This document shows, piece after piece, positions 1 through 8,074 of a stretch of 64,000 bases of DNA. How positions within the stretch are numbered: the stretch's first letter is position 1; every line of letters begins with the position of its first letter. This DNA comes from Chthoniobacteraceae bacterium (GTDB lineage: Bacteria > Verrucomicrobiota > Verrucomicrobiia > Chthoniobacterales > Chthoniobacteraceae). The translations under genes were made by a program, and so were the position numbers. The DNA is taken from positions 1-64,000 of the forward strand of contig JBEBGD010000004.1 of NCBI GenBank assembly GCA_040081625.1. Reading direction: 5' to 3'. The notes under the pieces were generated by a model, which saw only the letters and a program-made list of their open reading frames with translations, ran no database searches and was not told the origin of the DNA.

Positions 1-1
1 T

Positions 2-43
2 CGCTCGCTCGAGTCGCAGCTCGCCGAGAGCATCGCGAAATGA
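2..43 (+). CDS. 3' end of an upstream gene (partial, unknown product)
   Basis: Frame 2 reads RSLESQLAESIAK* and its TGA overlaps the next ATG (ATGA at 40-43), as in coupled operon genes. Confidence 0.45.
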   Translation, partial: RSLESQLAESIAK

Positions 44-1395
44 ACGCCGGCGACCGCTACGCAGCGCTGCTCTCGCCGCCCGCGCGCGAGGAGTCGCTGC
101 TGCGCGCGCCGCGCCGGATCGATGAGCACGAGTTGCAGGCGCGCTGGTTCGCGGGCGAGTTTGGGCGCGAGTTCACGACGACCGATGGGCGCGCGGTCGC
201 GATCACGCAATTCGGCGTGTGGAATCGCGAGGCCGGGCCGGACTTCATCGACGCCGCCGTCGCGCTCGACGGCGCGGAGCCGGCGCGCGGCTGCATCGAG
301 CTCGACATGGATGTGCGCGACTGGGAGCGGCACGGGCACGCGGGGAATCCGGCGTTCGAGTCCGCGGTGCTGCACGTCTTCACGCAGCGCGGCGAGGCGG
401 AGTTCTTCACCCGCACGCACGCGCACCGGCTCGTGCCGCAGGTGCTCCTCGATCTTTCGCGTCTCACCGACGAGCCGCCGAACCCGCAGCCCGACGCGAA
501 GCCCGGGCGCTGCGTCGCGCCGCTGCGCGAGCTGCCGGAGGAGAAGGTGCGCGAGGTTCTGCTCGGTGCGGCGGAGCACCGACTCCGGCGCAAGGCCGCC
601 GCGCTCGCGCGGCTCGGCGAGATCCACGGCGCCGACGAGGCGCTCCACCAGGCGCTCGCCGCGACGCTCGGCTACAAGAGCAACAAGCTTCCCTTCACAC
701 TGCTCGCGCAGCGCCTTCCGCTGAAGCTGCTGCGCGCCGCAAAGGACGACGCGGACGCGCTGATCTTCGGCGTCGCCGGCTTCCTGCCGAAGCGCGAGTT
801 CCCGCCGGAGAGCCGCGAGTATCTGCGCGGCATGTGGGCGAAGTGGTGGGCGCAGCGCGCGGAGTTCGAGCGGCTCGAAATCCCCGCGCCGCTGTGGAAG
901 CCCGGCGGCCAGCGCCCGATGAATCACCCGCAACGCCGCCTCGCCGCGCTCGCGCAGATCGTCCGCCATTGGACAAAGGTCCGCGCGCTCGCGCAGCGCT
1001 GCGATCCCGCGGCGATCACCGATTTCTTCGCGACGCTCACCGACGAGTTCTGGGACTTCCACTACACGCTCACGTCGAAGCCATCGGCCAAACGCATGGC
1101 GCTCGTCGGCGGGACGCGCGTGACCGAGATGCTCGCGAACGTCTTCTTCCCGCTCGCCTTCGCCGGGGATTCGTCGCGCTGGCTCGGCTTCAAGAACCTC
1201 CCCGCGACACTCTCGAATCGGCGCGTCGAGATCGCCGCGCTGCGGCTCTTCGGCGACGACAGCACACGCGCCCGCGAGCTTCTCCGCTCAGCCGCAGTGC
1301 AGCAGGGCCTCCTGCAAATCTACGAGGACTTCTGCCAGCAGGACGCGAGCGACTGCGTGCGCTGCCGCTTCCCCGGCCAGCTCGCGAAGTGGTGA
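40..1395 (+). CDS. DUF2851 family protein
   Basis: N-terminal G.WN.EAGPDF and W..HGH..NP.F..A.LHV motifs, RP.NHP.RRLA motif, C-terminal FC....C..C cysteine cluster. Confidence 0.8.
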   Translation: MNAGDRYAALLSPPAREESLLRAPRRIDEHELQARWFAGEFGREFTTTDGRAVAITQFGVWNREAGPDFIDAAVALDGAEPARGCIELDMDVRDWERHGHAGNPAFESAVLHVFTQRGEAEFFTRTHAHRLVPQVLLDLSRLTDEPPNPQPDAKPGRCVAPLRELPEEKVREVLLGAAEHRLRRKAAALARLGEIHGADEALHQALAATLGYKSNKLPFTLLAQRLPLKLLRAAKDDADALIFGVAGFLPKREFPPESREYLRGMWAKWWAQRAEFERLEIPAPLWKPGGQRPMNHPQRRLAALAQIVRHWTKVRALAQRCDPAAITDFFATLTDEFWDFHYTLTSKPSAKRMALVGGTRVTEMLANVFFPLAFAGDSSRWLGFKNLPATLSNRRVEIAALRLFGDDSTRARELLRSAAVQQGLLQIYEDFCQQDASDCVRCRFPGQLAKW

Positions 1396-1396
1396 C

Positions 1397-2623
1397 TCAG
1401 CTCACGCGCACGAGCCGCGCGGCGTAGAAGCCGTCGGTGCCGTCGCGATCGGGGCGGAGGGTGAGCTCGGTGTCGAGCTGCCACTGCGCGCCGGCTTCGG
1501 CGAGGAAGCTCTGGACCTGCTTTTCGTTTTCGCTCGGGAGGATGCTGCACGTGGCATAGACGAGCTTGCCGCCGGGCTTGGTCATGCGCGAGTAGCGGCG
1601 CAGGATGTCGGCTTGCAGTGCGCGAAGGCGGTCGAGTTCCTCGGGCTTGAACTTCCACTTGGTGTCGGGATTGCGGCGCAGCACGCCGAGGCCGGAGCAC
1701 GGGACATCGAGCAGCACGCGGTCGGCGGATTCGTGCATGTCCTTGATCGTCTTCGGGCTCTCGATGAGGCGCGTGACGATGGTGTCGGCGCCGGCTCGCG
1801 CGGCGCGGCGGCGGAGTTCGTCGAGTTTCCACTGGTGGACGTCGAGCGCGATGATGCGGCCTTTGTTCTTCATCAACGCGGCGAGGTGCAGGGTCTTGCC
1901 GCCGGCGCCGGCGCAGGCGTCGATGACGCGCATACCGGACGCGACCTCGAGCATCGGGGCGATGCGCTGGGAGGCGGAGTCCTGGACTTCGAAGAGGCCG
2001 GCGTGAAAGGCGGGGGTGTTGAAGACGTTGCGCCGCTCGCGCAGGCGCACGGCATCGGGCAGGCCTTCGACTGGATCGACGTCGATCCGCTCGTCGGTGA
2101 GCGTGCGCACGAGTTCGGCAGTGGTGTTCTTGAGCGCGTTGGCGCGGAGGAAGACGTCGGCTTTTTCGTTGAGGGCGTCGAGCACGGCGGGCCAGCACTC
2201 GCCCAGCTCGGCAGCGCAGGTTTCATCGAGCCAGTCGGGGATGGAGGCGCGGATGGCGGGCTTCGTCTTCACCTCCAGCCGATGGCCGATCATGCGGCTA
2301 TCGAGGCCTTCGCACTCACGCATGGCCGGGAATTCTCCAGTCTGCCGCCACACATAGACGCCCCAGACGTGCCAGACACGGCGCGCGCTGACTTTCTCCT
2401 GGTCGAGGCACTCGGCATCGGGCAGGCCGGTGAGATACCAGTAGCTGCGCCACCAGCGGACGAGGTCGTAAACGGTCTCGGCGACCAAACGCCGGTCGCG
2501 CGAGCCCCATTTGGTGTGCTCCTTGAGCGAGGACTCGATGACGCGGTCGGCGTAGCGGCCTTGCTTGAAGATGTCGAGGAGCGCTCCGACGATGGCTTCT
2601 GCGACGTTGGGATGGACTTTCAC
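1397..2623 (-). CDS. RsmB/NOP (Fmu/Sun) family RNA m5C methyltransferase
   Basis: EVQDSASQ, VIDACAGAGGKTL, DVPCSGLGV.RRNPD and VYATCSILPSENE motifs. Confidence 0.93.
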   Translation of the reverse strand: MKVHPNVAEAIVGALLDIFKQGRYADRVIESSLKEHTKWGSRDRRLVAETVYDLVRWWRSYWYLTGLPDAECLDQEKVSARRVWHVWGVYVWRQTGEFPAMRECEGLDSRMIGHRLEVKTKPAIRASIPDWLDETCAAELGECWPAVLDALNEKADVFLRANALKNTTAELVRTLTDERIDVDPVEGLPDAVRLRERRNVFNTPAFHAGLFEVQDSASQRIAPMLEVASGMRVIDACAGAGGKTLHLAALMKNKGRIIALDVHQWKLDELRRRAARAGADTIVTRLIESPKTIKDMHESADRVLLDVPCSGLGVLRRNPDTKWKFKPEELDRLRALQADILRRYSRMTKPGGKLVYATCSILPSENEKQVQSFLAEAGAQWQLDTELTLRPDRDGTDGFYAARLVRVS

Positions 2624-2696
2624 TGGGACTTGGATGGAAGCGGATTGCGCGGATGACAGAGAGTTTTGGCCGATCGCAGTGCTCCACTGCGGCGAA

Positions 2697-2772
2697 TGGG
2701 GTGACCGACGGGACTCGAACCCGCAACAGCCAGGACCACAACCTGGAGCTCTACCATTGAGCTACGGCCACC
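2697..2772 (-). tRNA. tRNA-His (GUG) with encoded G-1 and CCA
   Basis: Reverse complement GGTGGCCGTAGCTCAATGGTAGAGCTCCAGGTTGTGGTCCTGGCTGTTGCGGGTTCGAGTCCCGTCGGTCACCCCA: acceptor stem GTGGCCG/CGGTCAC, anticodon GTG, TTCGA T-loop, C discriminator. Confidence 0.97.
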
Positions 2773-2869
2773 ATTCGCAAGGCGCGCAAGGTATGCAGCG
2801 AGCCTGCACTGCCAACCGGAATTTTCCCGACCGCTTGACCGCTCTGTGCTCAGGCTTTAATGCGACGGC

Positions 2870-3160
2870 ATGTCCTCCCTCAACGAACCCAAGCGTCCGG
2901 AAGCCGGCCCCGCGCCGGCGGCGGGCTGTTGTGAAGCGCAGATCCGCGACTGGTGCGGCGTGGCGGAGAAGTGCGCGCGCGAGGAACCCGTGAGGTGCGC
3001 AGCGACGGCGTTCATCGTCGGGCTGGTCATCACCATCCTGCCGGTGGGGCAGATTGTCGGCGCGTTCACGCGACTGCTTGCCGGGCTGATCCGGCCCGCG
3101 CTCATTCTGCTCGGTGCGATGAAGGTCTTCGAGGAAGTCGAGAAGCGCCGCAAGCCGTAG
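2870..3160 (+). CDS. small membrane protein (weak resemblance to DUF883/ElaB-type tail anchor)
   Basis: 96 aa, REEP followed by a hydrophobic helix, basic C-terminus; TTGACC 29 nt upstream of ATG. Confidence 0.6.
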   Translation: MSSLNEPKRPEAGPAPAAGCCEAQIRDWCGVAEKCAREEPVRCAATAFIVGLVITILPVGQIVGAFTRLLAGLIRPALILLGAMKVFEEVEKRRKP

Positions 3161-3170
3161 CGCCGCGGCC

Positions 3171-3644
3171 TTATTCGCCCTTGTGGAAAAGCGCCTGCAC
3201 GTCGCTGGCGTTCACGTCGCTGAAATCGACGACATCACCGCGAATGCTCGACACTTTGATCCGGTCATGGATCGAGCGGACAGCCGGGCCGGCGTAGTAT
3301 TTCATCGAGCCGACTGTGAGGTGAGTGGGAAAGACGATCACGAGCAGGCTGTTCTCGTCCACATTGACCATGAGGGTGCTGAAGTTCTCGCCCTGCTGAT
3401 ACATGCTCGTGAAGTTGGATTCGTTCACGAGGCTCGCCATGAACTGCACAGCGTTGTAGGCATTCGAGCCTAGGGTGGCAAACGTGGTGGTATCGAGTTG
3501 CTCAGGATTGCCGCACTGATGAATGAGATAGCCGGCCTTCTCCACGAGCAGCGCAATGTTCGCTTCGCTCTTCTGGAGAAGTTCCCGGAGGACGCGATCG
3601 ATCAGATCGATGTCTTCCTGGTTGAGTGCGGGGAATGAGCCCAT
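3171..3644 (-). CDS. mglB: MglB-like roadblock/LC7 domain protein (putative GAP)
   Basis: Roadblock pattern (ALLVEKAGYLI..G, F.SMYQQGE..S, LLVIVF.....VG); immediately downstream of mglA. Confidence 0.85.
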   Translation of the reverse strand: MGSFPALNQEDIDLIDRVLRELLQKSEANIALLVEKAGYLIHQCGNPEQLDTTTFATLGSNAYNAVQFMASLVNESNFTSMYQQGENFSTLMVNVDENSLLVIVFPTHLTVGSMKYYAGPAVRSIHDRIKVSSIRGDVVDFSDVNASDVQALFHKGE

Positions 3645-3665
3645 GGTCGGTATAAGGGGAAATGA

Positions 3666-4280
3666 TTAACGCGAGCGGACGCCGTCGTTAAGGAATTTGT
3701 GGAGCAGCATCCGGGTGATCATGTTCAGCGTCTCAAAGACACCGTCGCAGTTTGAGGCAGATGCCTCGAAGGACGGAACCTGCACTTCCCGGTTGTTCAG
3801 GAGGAACTCGAGATACTCAACGGGCGCCACATCGGGCACATCCCGTTTGTTATACTGCATCACATAGGGAATATCATCGAGGTTCAGGTTCAGCGCCTTC
3901 AGGTTCTCCTGGAGGTGAGTGAAGGTCTCGATGTTCTCCTCCATTTTTTCATACTGCGAGTCGGCGACGAAGACGATGCCGTCGACCCCGCGGAGCACGA
4001 TCTGGCGGGTGGCATTGTAGATGACCTGGCCGGGAACGGTGAAGAGCGCAAACTTGGTCTTGAATCCCTTGATGGCGACGGCCTCAAGCGGGAAGAAGTC
4101 GAAGAAGAGCGTGCGATCGCTGCTTGTGGCGAGCGAGGTCATCTTGCCCTTGGCATCGGGATTCGGGACCTGAACGTTGGAGTGAACCTGCTCGAGGTTG
4201 GTCGTCTTGCCGGACTTTGCCGGTCCGTAATAGACGATCTTCACCTGAAGCTCCTTGGTTGCTTGATTGATGATAGCCAT
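3666..4280 (-). CDS. mglA: MglA-family small Ras-like GTPase
   Basis: KIVYYGPAKSGKTTNL, DRTLFFDF, TVPGQV.YNATR, GVDGIVFVADSQ, QYNKRD: canonical MglA G-motifs. Confidence 0.95.
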   Translation of the reverse strand: MAIINQATKELQVKIVYYGPAKSGKTTNLEQVHSNVQVPNPDAKGKMTSLATSSDRTLFFDFFPLEAVAIKGFKTKFALFTVPGQVIYNATRQIVLRGVDGIVFVADSQYEKMEENIETFTHLQENLKALNLNLDDIPYVMQYNKRDVPDVAPVEYLEFLLNNREVQVPSFEASASNCDGVFETLNMITRMLLHKFLNDGVRSR

Positions 4281-4305
4281 GGGTCTGTCGAAATTGATAT
4301 AGCGA

Positions 4306-6093
4306 TTAGCTTGCCACGGCGTCAGCGCAAAGCCGCAAGCTGGTGAGTGGCACGGATGAGTCGGGCTTTCCGAGAGCGGCGAAGAGCACCTGCCCGCGGC
4401 GGAAAATATGGCAGGGGCCGCTTTCGGTCTGGATCGTCAGTTCATTCACGGCTCCCAGTTTCATCTCGCCCGCATAGTTGTTGAGCCGCGCAAAAATCTG
4501 CGGGAGGAACGCCGCGAAAGTCTCGCCCTTGAACGGTTCGGGCAGCTTGTGGGCGATGACGAGCCCTTCCTGGAGCGCGACAATGGCGCCCGTTACGCCT
4601 TCGATCTCGCAGAGCAGATTCACGACTTCGGTCGGCGACCAACTGGTCTTTTGCGGATCACCGAGGAATTCCCCGATGGTCTTGGGTGGCGCCGCGACGA
4701 CAGGCTCGGGCGCGACTTCGACAGGCTTCGGCGCATCAACAACGACTTCGTCAACCGGCGCTTCGACTGGAGCTTCCGGCGCGGCGGACGGCTCGACTTC
4801 AGCGACGACCGCTTCCGCTGCGGCCGGCGGCTCGGCTGGCGTTTCGGTTTTCGCCACGACAGGCTCGTCTGTCTTTGGAGCGTCAACGACGACCGCCGAG
4901 GGTTCAGCAGCAGCGGGGACAGGCTCCGGTTCGCCCGCTTTCGCTTCGGGCTTGGCGGGAGCTGCTCGTCCGCCGGCGAATAGCTCAGGAATATCGCCGA
5001 CCTCAGCAGCCTTGCGCGCCGTTGTCGCGCCCTTGGTGTGCTTGAGGAAAGCGGGTGCGAGCACACGCAGCGGCAGGACGATCTCGGTATCCTCGCCGCC
5101 TTGGCTTTGCTCGGAAGGCGGAGGAGTGATCCACCCGCGAAGTTGCCCCCACGCGAAGGCTACCTTACCCTTGGCGAGTCCGGCAGCGATGTCCGCGCCG
5201 GGCAACGAAAGGGTCGCGCCGTTGAGCGCGGCAGCCTCGGACTTGATAGGCTCCGGCCACGCGCCGATCAGATCCTTGAGCGAGATTACGAGCCTCGGCT
5301 GTTCGTCAGTCGGAGCGTGCTCGGGTTCTGCCGCAGCGGGCTGCGGTTTGGGCGACTTCTCGACTGCCGCTTGTTTCTTTCCGCCCTTGCGCGTTGTCGG
5401 AGTTGCTGCCGGCTCAGCGACGACGAGCGGCTTCGGTTTCGGGAGCGTCGCTGGCGCTTCCTCGGGTGCCTTCGCTGTGATGGGCGCGGCTGCCGTCAAC
5501 GGCGGAACCGTGACGAGGCCCGGCGCCACTTTCAGCACCTTCCTGGCTTGCACGACCCGAGGTGCCGCGCCCGACGCGGCGGCAGTTCCCTCGACTCGTG
5601 GTGCGAGCGTGCGCGGGTTTTCATCGTCGCCGAAAATGTCGAATCCGTCGGCTGCCAATTCGTTGAGTTTCTGGTCGGACCGTTTCTTGAGCAGTGCCGG
5701 GCTGATGCGTTTGAAAATCTCGGCGAGCGGCACCTCGACCATGCGCTTGTCCTGCGGGTTGATGGTCGCGAAGGTGCCTGGCGGCGATTGCCGCACAACG
5801 CTCGCCAGCGACATCTTCACCGATCCGGTCGGTAGCATTTTCTGGATGGTCGGCAGCGGCAGGATTACCATCGCATCTGGCGTAGGCAGCTTGAGGACGA
5901 GCTTGCGCAGGTCGTCCGGAAACCGTGTCATGATCGCGTTGAGCGCGAGCTGAGCGGTTTCCACGCGCTGGACCGGCGCGTTGGAGTCGGACTGGGAATC
6001 CCCACCCGCTCCCGGTCTTGCGGACGTGGCTGGAGACGAGGCAGCGGCGGCGGGCTGCATTCTGCGGAAGAGGGACTTGAGGTAGCGAAGCAT
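4306..6093 (-). CDS. large Pro/Ala-rich protein with C-terminal roadblock/LC7 domain
   Basis: C-terminal ~110 aa (IEGVTGAIVALQEGLVIA...AAFLPQIF...MKLGAVNELTI) is roadblock-like; long low-complexity linkers; first gene of the mglAB run. Confidence 0.8.
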   Translation of the reverse strand: MLRYLKSLFRRMQPAAAASSPATSARPGAGGDSQSDSNAPVQRVETAQLALNAIMTRFPDDLRKLVLKLPTPDAMVILPLPTIQKMLPTGSVKMSLASVVRQSPPGTFATINPQDKRMVEVPLAEIFKRISPALLKKRSDQKLNELAADGFDIFGDDENPRTLAPRVEGTAAASGAAPRVVQARKVLKVAPGLVTVPPLTAAAPITAKAPEEAPATLPKPKPLVVAEPAATPTTRKGGKKQAAVEKSPKPQPAAAEPEHAPTDEQPRLVISLKDLIGAWPEPIKSEAAALNGATLSLPGADIAAGLAKGKVAFAWGQLRGWITPPPSEQSQGGEDTEIVLPLRVLAPAFLKHTKGATTARKAAEVGDIPELFAGGRAAPAKPEAKAGEPEPVPAAAEPSAVVVDAPKTDEPVVAKTETPAEPPAAAEAVVAEVEPSAAPEAPVEAPVDEVVVDAPKPVEVAPEPVVAAPPKTIGEFLGDPQKTSWSPTEVVNLLCEIEGVTGAIVALQEGLVIAHKLPEPFKGETFAAFLPQIFARLNNYAGEMKLGAVNELTIQTESGPCHIFRRGQVLFAALGKPDSSVPLTSLRLCADAVAS

Positions 6094-6304
6094 CGGACCG
6101 TTGATGGGTGGTTGTGAAGGTTGAGAAAAGCAGCCGTGATGCCATCACCTGTCCCGGATTGGATTCATCGCACTTCCGAGAAAAGGCCCGTCGTGATTGC
6201 GTGCTTGGTCTGTCTCGTGCTTATCGACGCACCGCATGTCGCATCATCCCTCGTCCAATAGAATGCTGAGCGCGCCCACTGCGCGCAGCCGCTGATTCCT
6301 GTCC

Positions 6305-7357
6305 ATGGCCAATAAGCCACGCATCCTCATCCTCGACGACGAGTCGGACATTCTTGAGATCTATCAAGAGATCCTCGCCCGCCTGCCGAGCCTGCCTGAG
6401 ATCGTCACCACAGACTCCGGCGCGCAGGCCGTCGCGCTCATTGAGAGCCAGACGTTCAACTTGATGCTGCTCGATCTGCGCATGCCACAGATGGATGGAT
6501 TTCAAGTGCTCGCAATCGCACGACGTAAATTCCCTTCGCTTCGAGTCGTCGTGATGACCGGCTCCGACGACGAACAATTCCGCGCCCGCGCCTACGCGAT
6601 GGGCATCGATCTCTATATCGAAAAGCCCAAGACGGGAAAAGAGATCATCAATTTCGTCGATGCTATCGAGTCGCTCCTTGAACGTGAAGACCAGGGCGGG
6701 TTTCGCGGCGTGCAAAGCAAAACCTTGATCGATCTCATCCAGCTCGAATGCCTCACGCAGAGTTCTGCGATCTTGAAGATCACCACCGCGACCCACGACG
6801 GCCGCATCTGGGTGCAGCGCGGAGAGATCATCGATGCCGCCACTGGCGACTTCTCCGGCAAGGATGCGCTGTTCGAGATGTTGCGTTGGAAGTCCGGCAA
6901 CTTCGAGATTCTCCCGCACGACATTCCGCGACCGCGCACGATCTTTACCAATTACGAGAGCCTGCTGATGGAAACCGCGCAACTGCTCGACGAGAGCGCA
7001 GTGGCAGCGGATCACGTCGATCCCGAGGCGACCGGCCTGGCCGCCTTTGCCCGCCACAAGGGCGTGCAATTCGCAGTCGCCGTCGAGACGGCTGACCCGG
7101 GAACATTTGACCACTGGGGCAGCGAGAATCCCGACCAGATTTCCGCGCTCATTCGCTGCACCGCAGCGGATCTTCGCGAACTCGGCGACGTGCTCGAGGC
7201 CGGCCAGCTCGAAGAGGTCGAAGCCCTCGGCCCTCAGCGCCACATCGCGATTCTCGTCGGCGACGAGGAATGCCTCGGCGTCGGCTTCACCCGCTCCGCA
7301 GTGCTGCCACACATCCGTGAAACCATGAAACAGATCGAGGCCAAATGGGTATCCTGA
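6305..7357 (+). CDS. response regulator: REC + DUF4388/PATAN-like domain + possible degenerate roadblock C-terminus
   Basis: ILILDD, LLDLRMPQMDG, VMTG, KP receiver motifs; GFRGVQ..LIDLIQL...G.IW...GEIIDA...W.SG.F matches DUF4388. Confidence 0.85.
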   Translation: MANKPRILILDDESDILEIYQEILARLPSLPEIVTTDSGAQAVALIESQTFNLMLLDLRMPQMDGFQVLAIARRKFPSLRVVVMTGSDDEQFRARAYAMGIDLYIEKPKTGKEIINFVDAIESLLEREDQGGFRGVQSKTLIDLIQLECLTQSSAILKITTATHDGRIWVQRGEIIDAATGDFSGKDALFEMLRWKSGNFEILPHDIPRPRTIFTNYESLLMETAQLLDESAVAADHVDPEATGLAAFARHKGVQFAVAVETADPGTFDHWGSENPDQISALIRCTAADLRELGDVLEAGQLEEVEALGPQRHIAILVGDEECLGVGFTRSAVLPHIRETMKQIEAKWVS

Positions 7358-8064
7358 AGCCCTTCTCGCGCACGCAAAAGCCGCTCCGTCCCGAGCGCCT
7401 GCCCAATGGCTCATTTGCCATCCACAGCGGCGGCGAAATCGTAAGTTCGACGCTGCCCTGCCAATTCCCTCAAGCCACCGTCCTGCAAATCGGCCGCGCG
7501 GTGCTCAGCGCATTTCGCCGCGCACAGGAAGCGAATCTGCCGCTCAATGAATTGCTCATCCATTTCAGCGGCCTCACCATCACCGCGCGCGAACTCAAGG
7601 GCGGCGCGCTCGTCTTTCTCAACCCAGCCACTCTCAACCTCGCCCGCACATTCACTCCACCCGCCATGCACTACAAGAGCATCGAAGACTTCATCCTCTC
7701 GCTCGAGAATTACATCGAGTGTTGGAAGCAATTTAATCACTTCCTGAACCTCGCCCGCGACCGCAAATTCAGCCGAGACGACGAGAATCAATTCCTCGAG
7801 GTCAAGAGCATCATCGCCCAGGGCCTCGAGGCCATCGCTGCCTCGACTGATGGAAAGAGCGGCCCGAGCAAGCAGGACGTCACACAGCTTTTCGCGACCG
7901 CGCCCTCGCTGCGTTTCCTCAGCGACATGCCCGACGCCGTCCAGCAGGTCGAAGCGCAGTGGCACAAGATCTACCTCAGTCTGCAAGGGCTGCTCGGACA
8001 GCTCAAGGTGCAGCAGAGCAAGACCGAGAAAGGCTCGGGCTGGAGCCTCTTCGGCAAGAAGTAG
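7345..8064 (+). CDS. hypothetical protein, N-terminal roadblock/profilin-like region and C-terminal helical region
   Basis: Overlaps the upstream gene by 13 nt; GSFAIHSGGEIVSSTLP...helix...ELLIHFSGLTITARE.GGALVFL; internal Met (MHYKS) could mark a domain boundary. Confidence 0.65.
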   Translation: MGILKPFSRTQKPLRPERLPNGSFAIHSGGEIVSSTLPCQFPQATVLQIGRAVLSAFRRAQEANLPLNELLIHFSGLTITARELKGGALVFLNPATLNLARTFTPPAMHYKSIEDFILSLENYIECWKQFNHFLNLARDRKFSRDDENQFLEVKSIIAQGLEAIAASTDGKSGPSKQDVTQLFATAPSLRFLSDMPDAVQQVEAQWHKIYLSLQGLLGQLKVQQSKTEKGSGWSLFGKK

Positions 8065-8074
8065 CGCCGCCCAC

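Noticed and set aside
2674..2692. Hairpin CGCAGTG-ctc-CACTGCG after tRNA-His as an intrinsic terminator
   Set aside because: Only a 7-bp stem and no U-tract on the tRNA strand; too weak to call
2697..8064. mgl locus as an island integrated at tRNA-His
   Set aside because: The locus lies on the 5' side of the minus-strand tRNA; no integrase and no duplicated tRNA 3' end were seen
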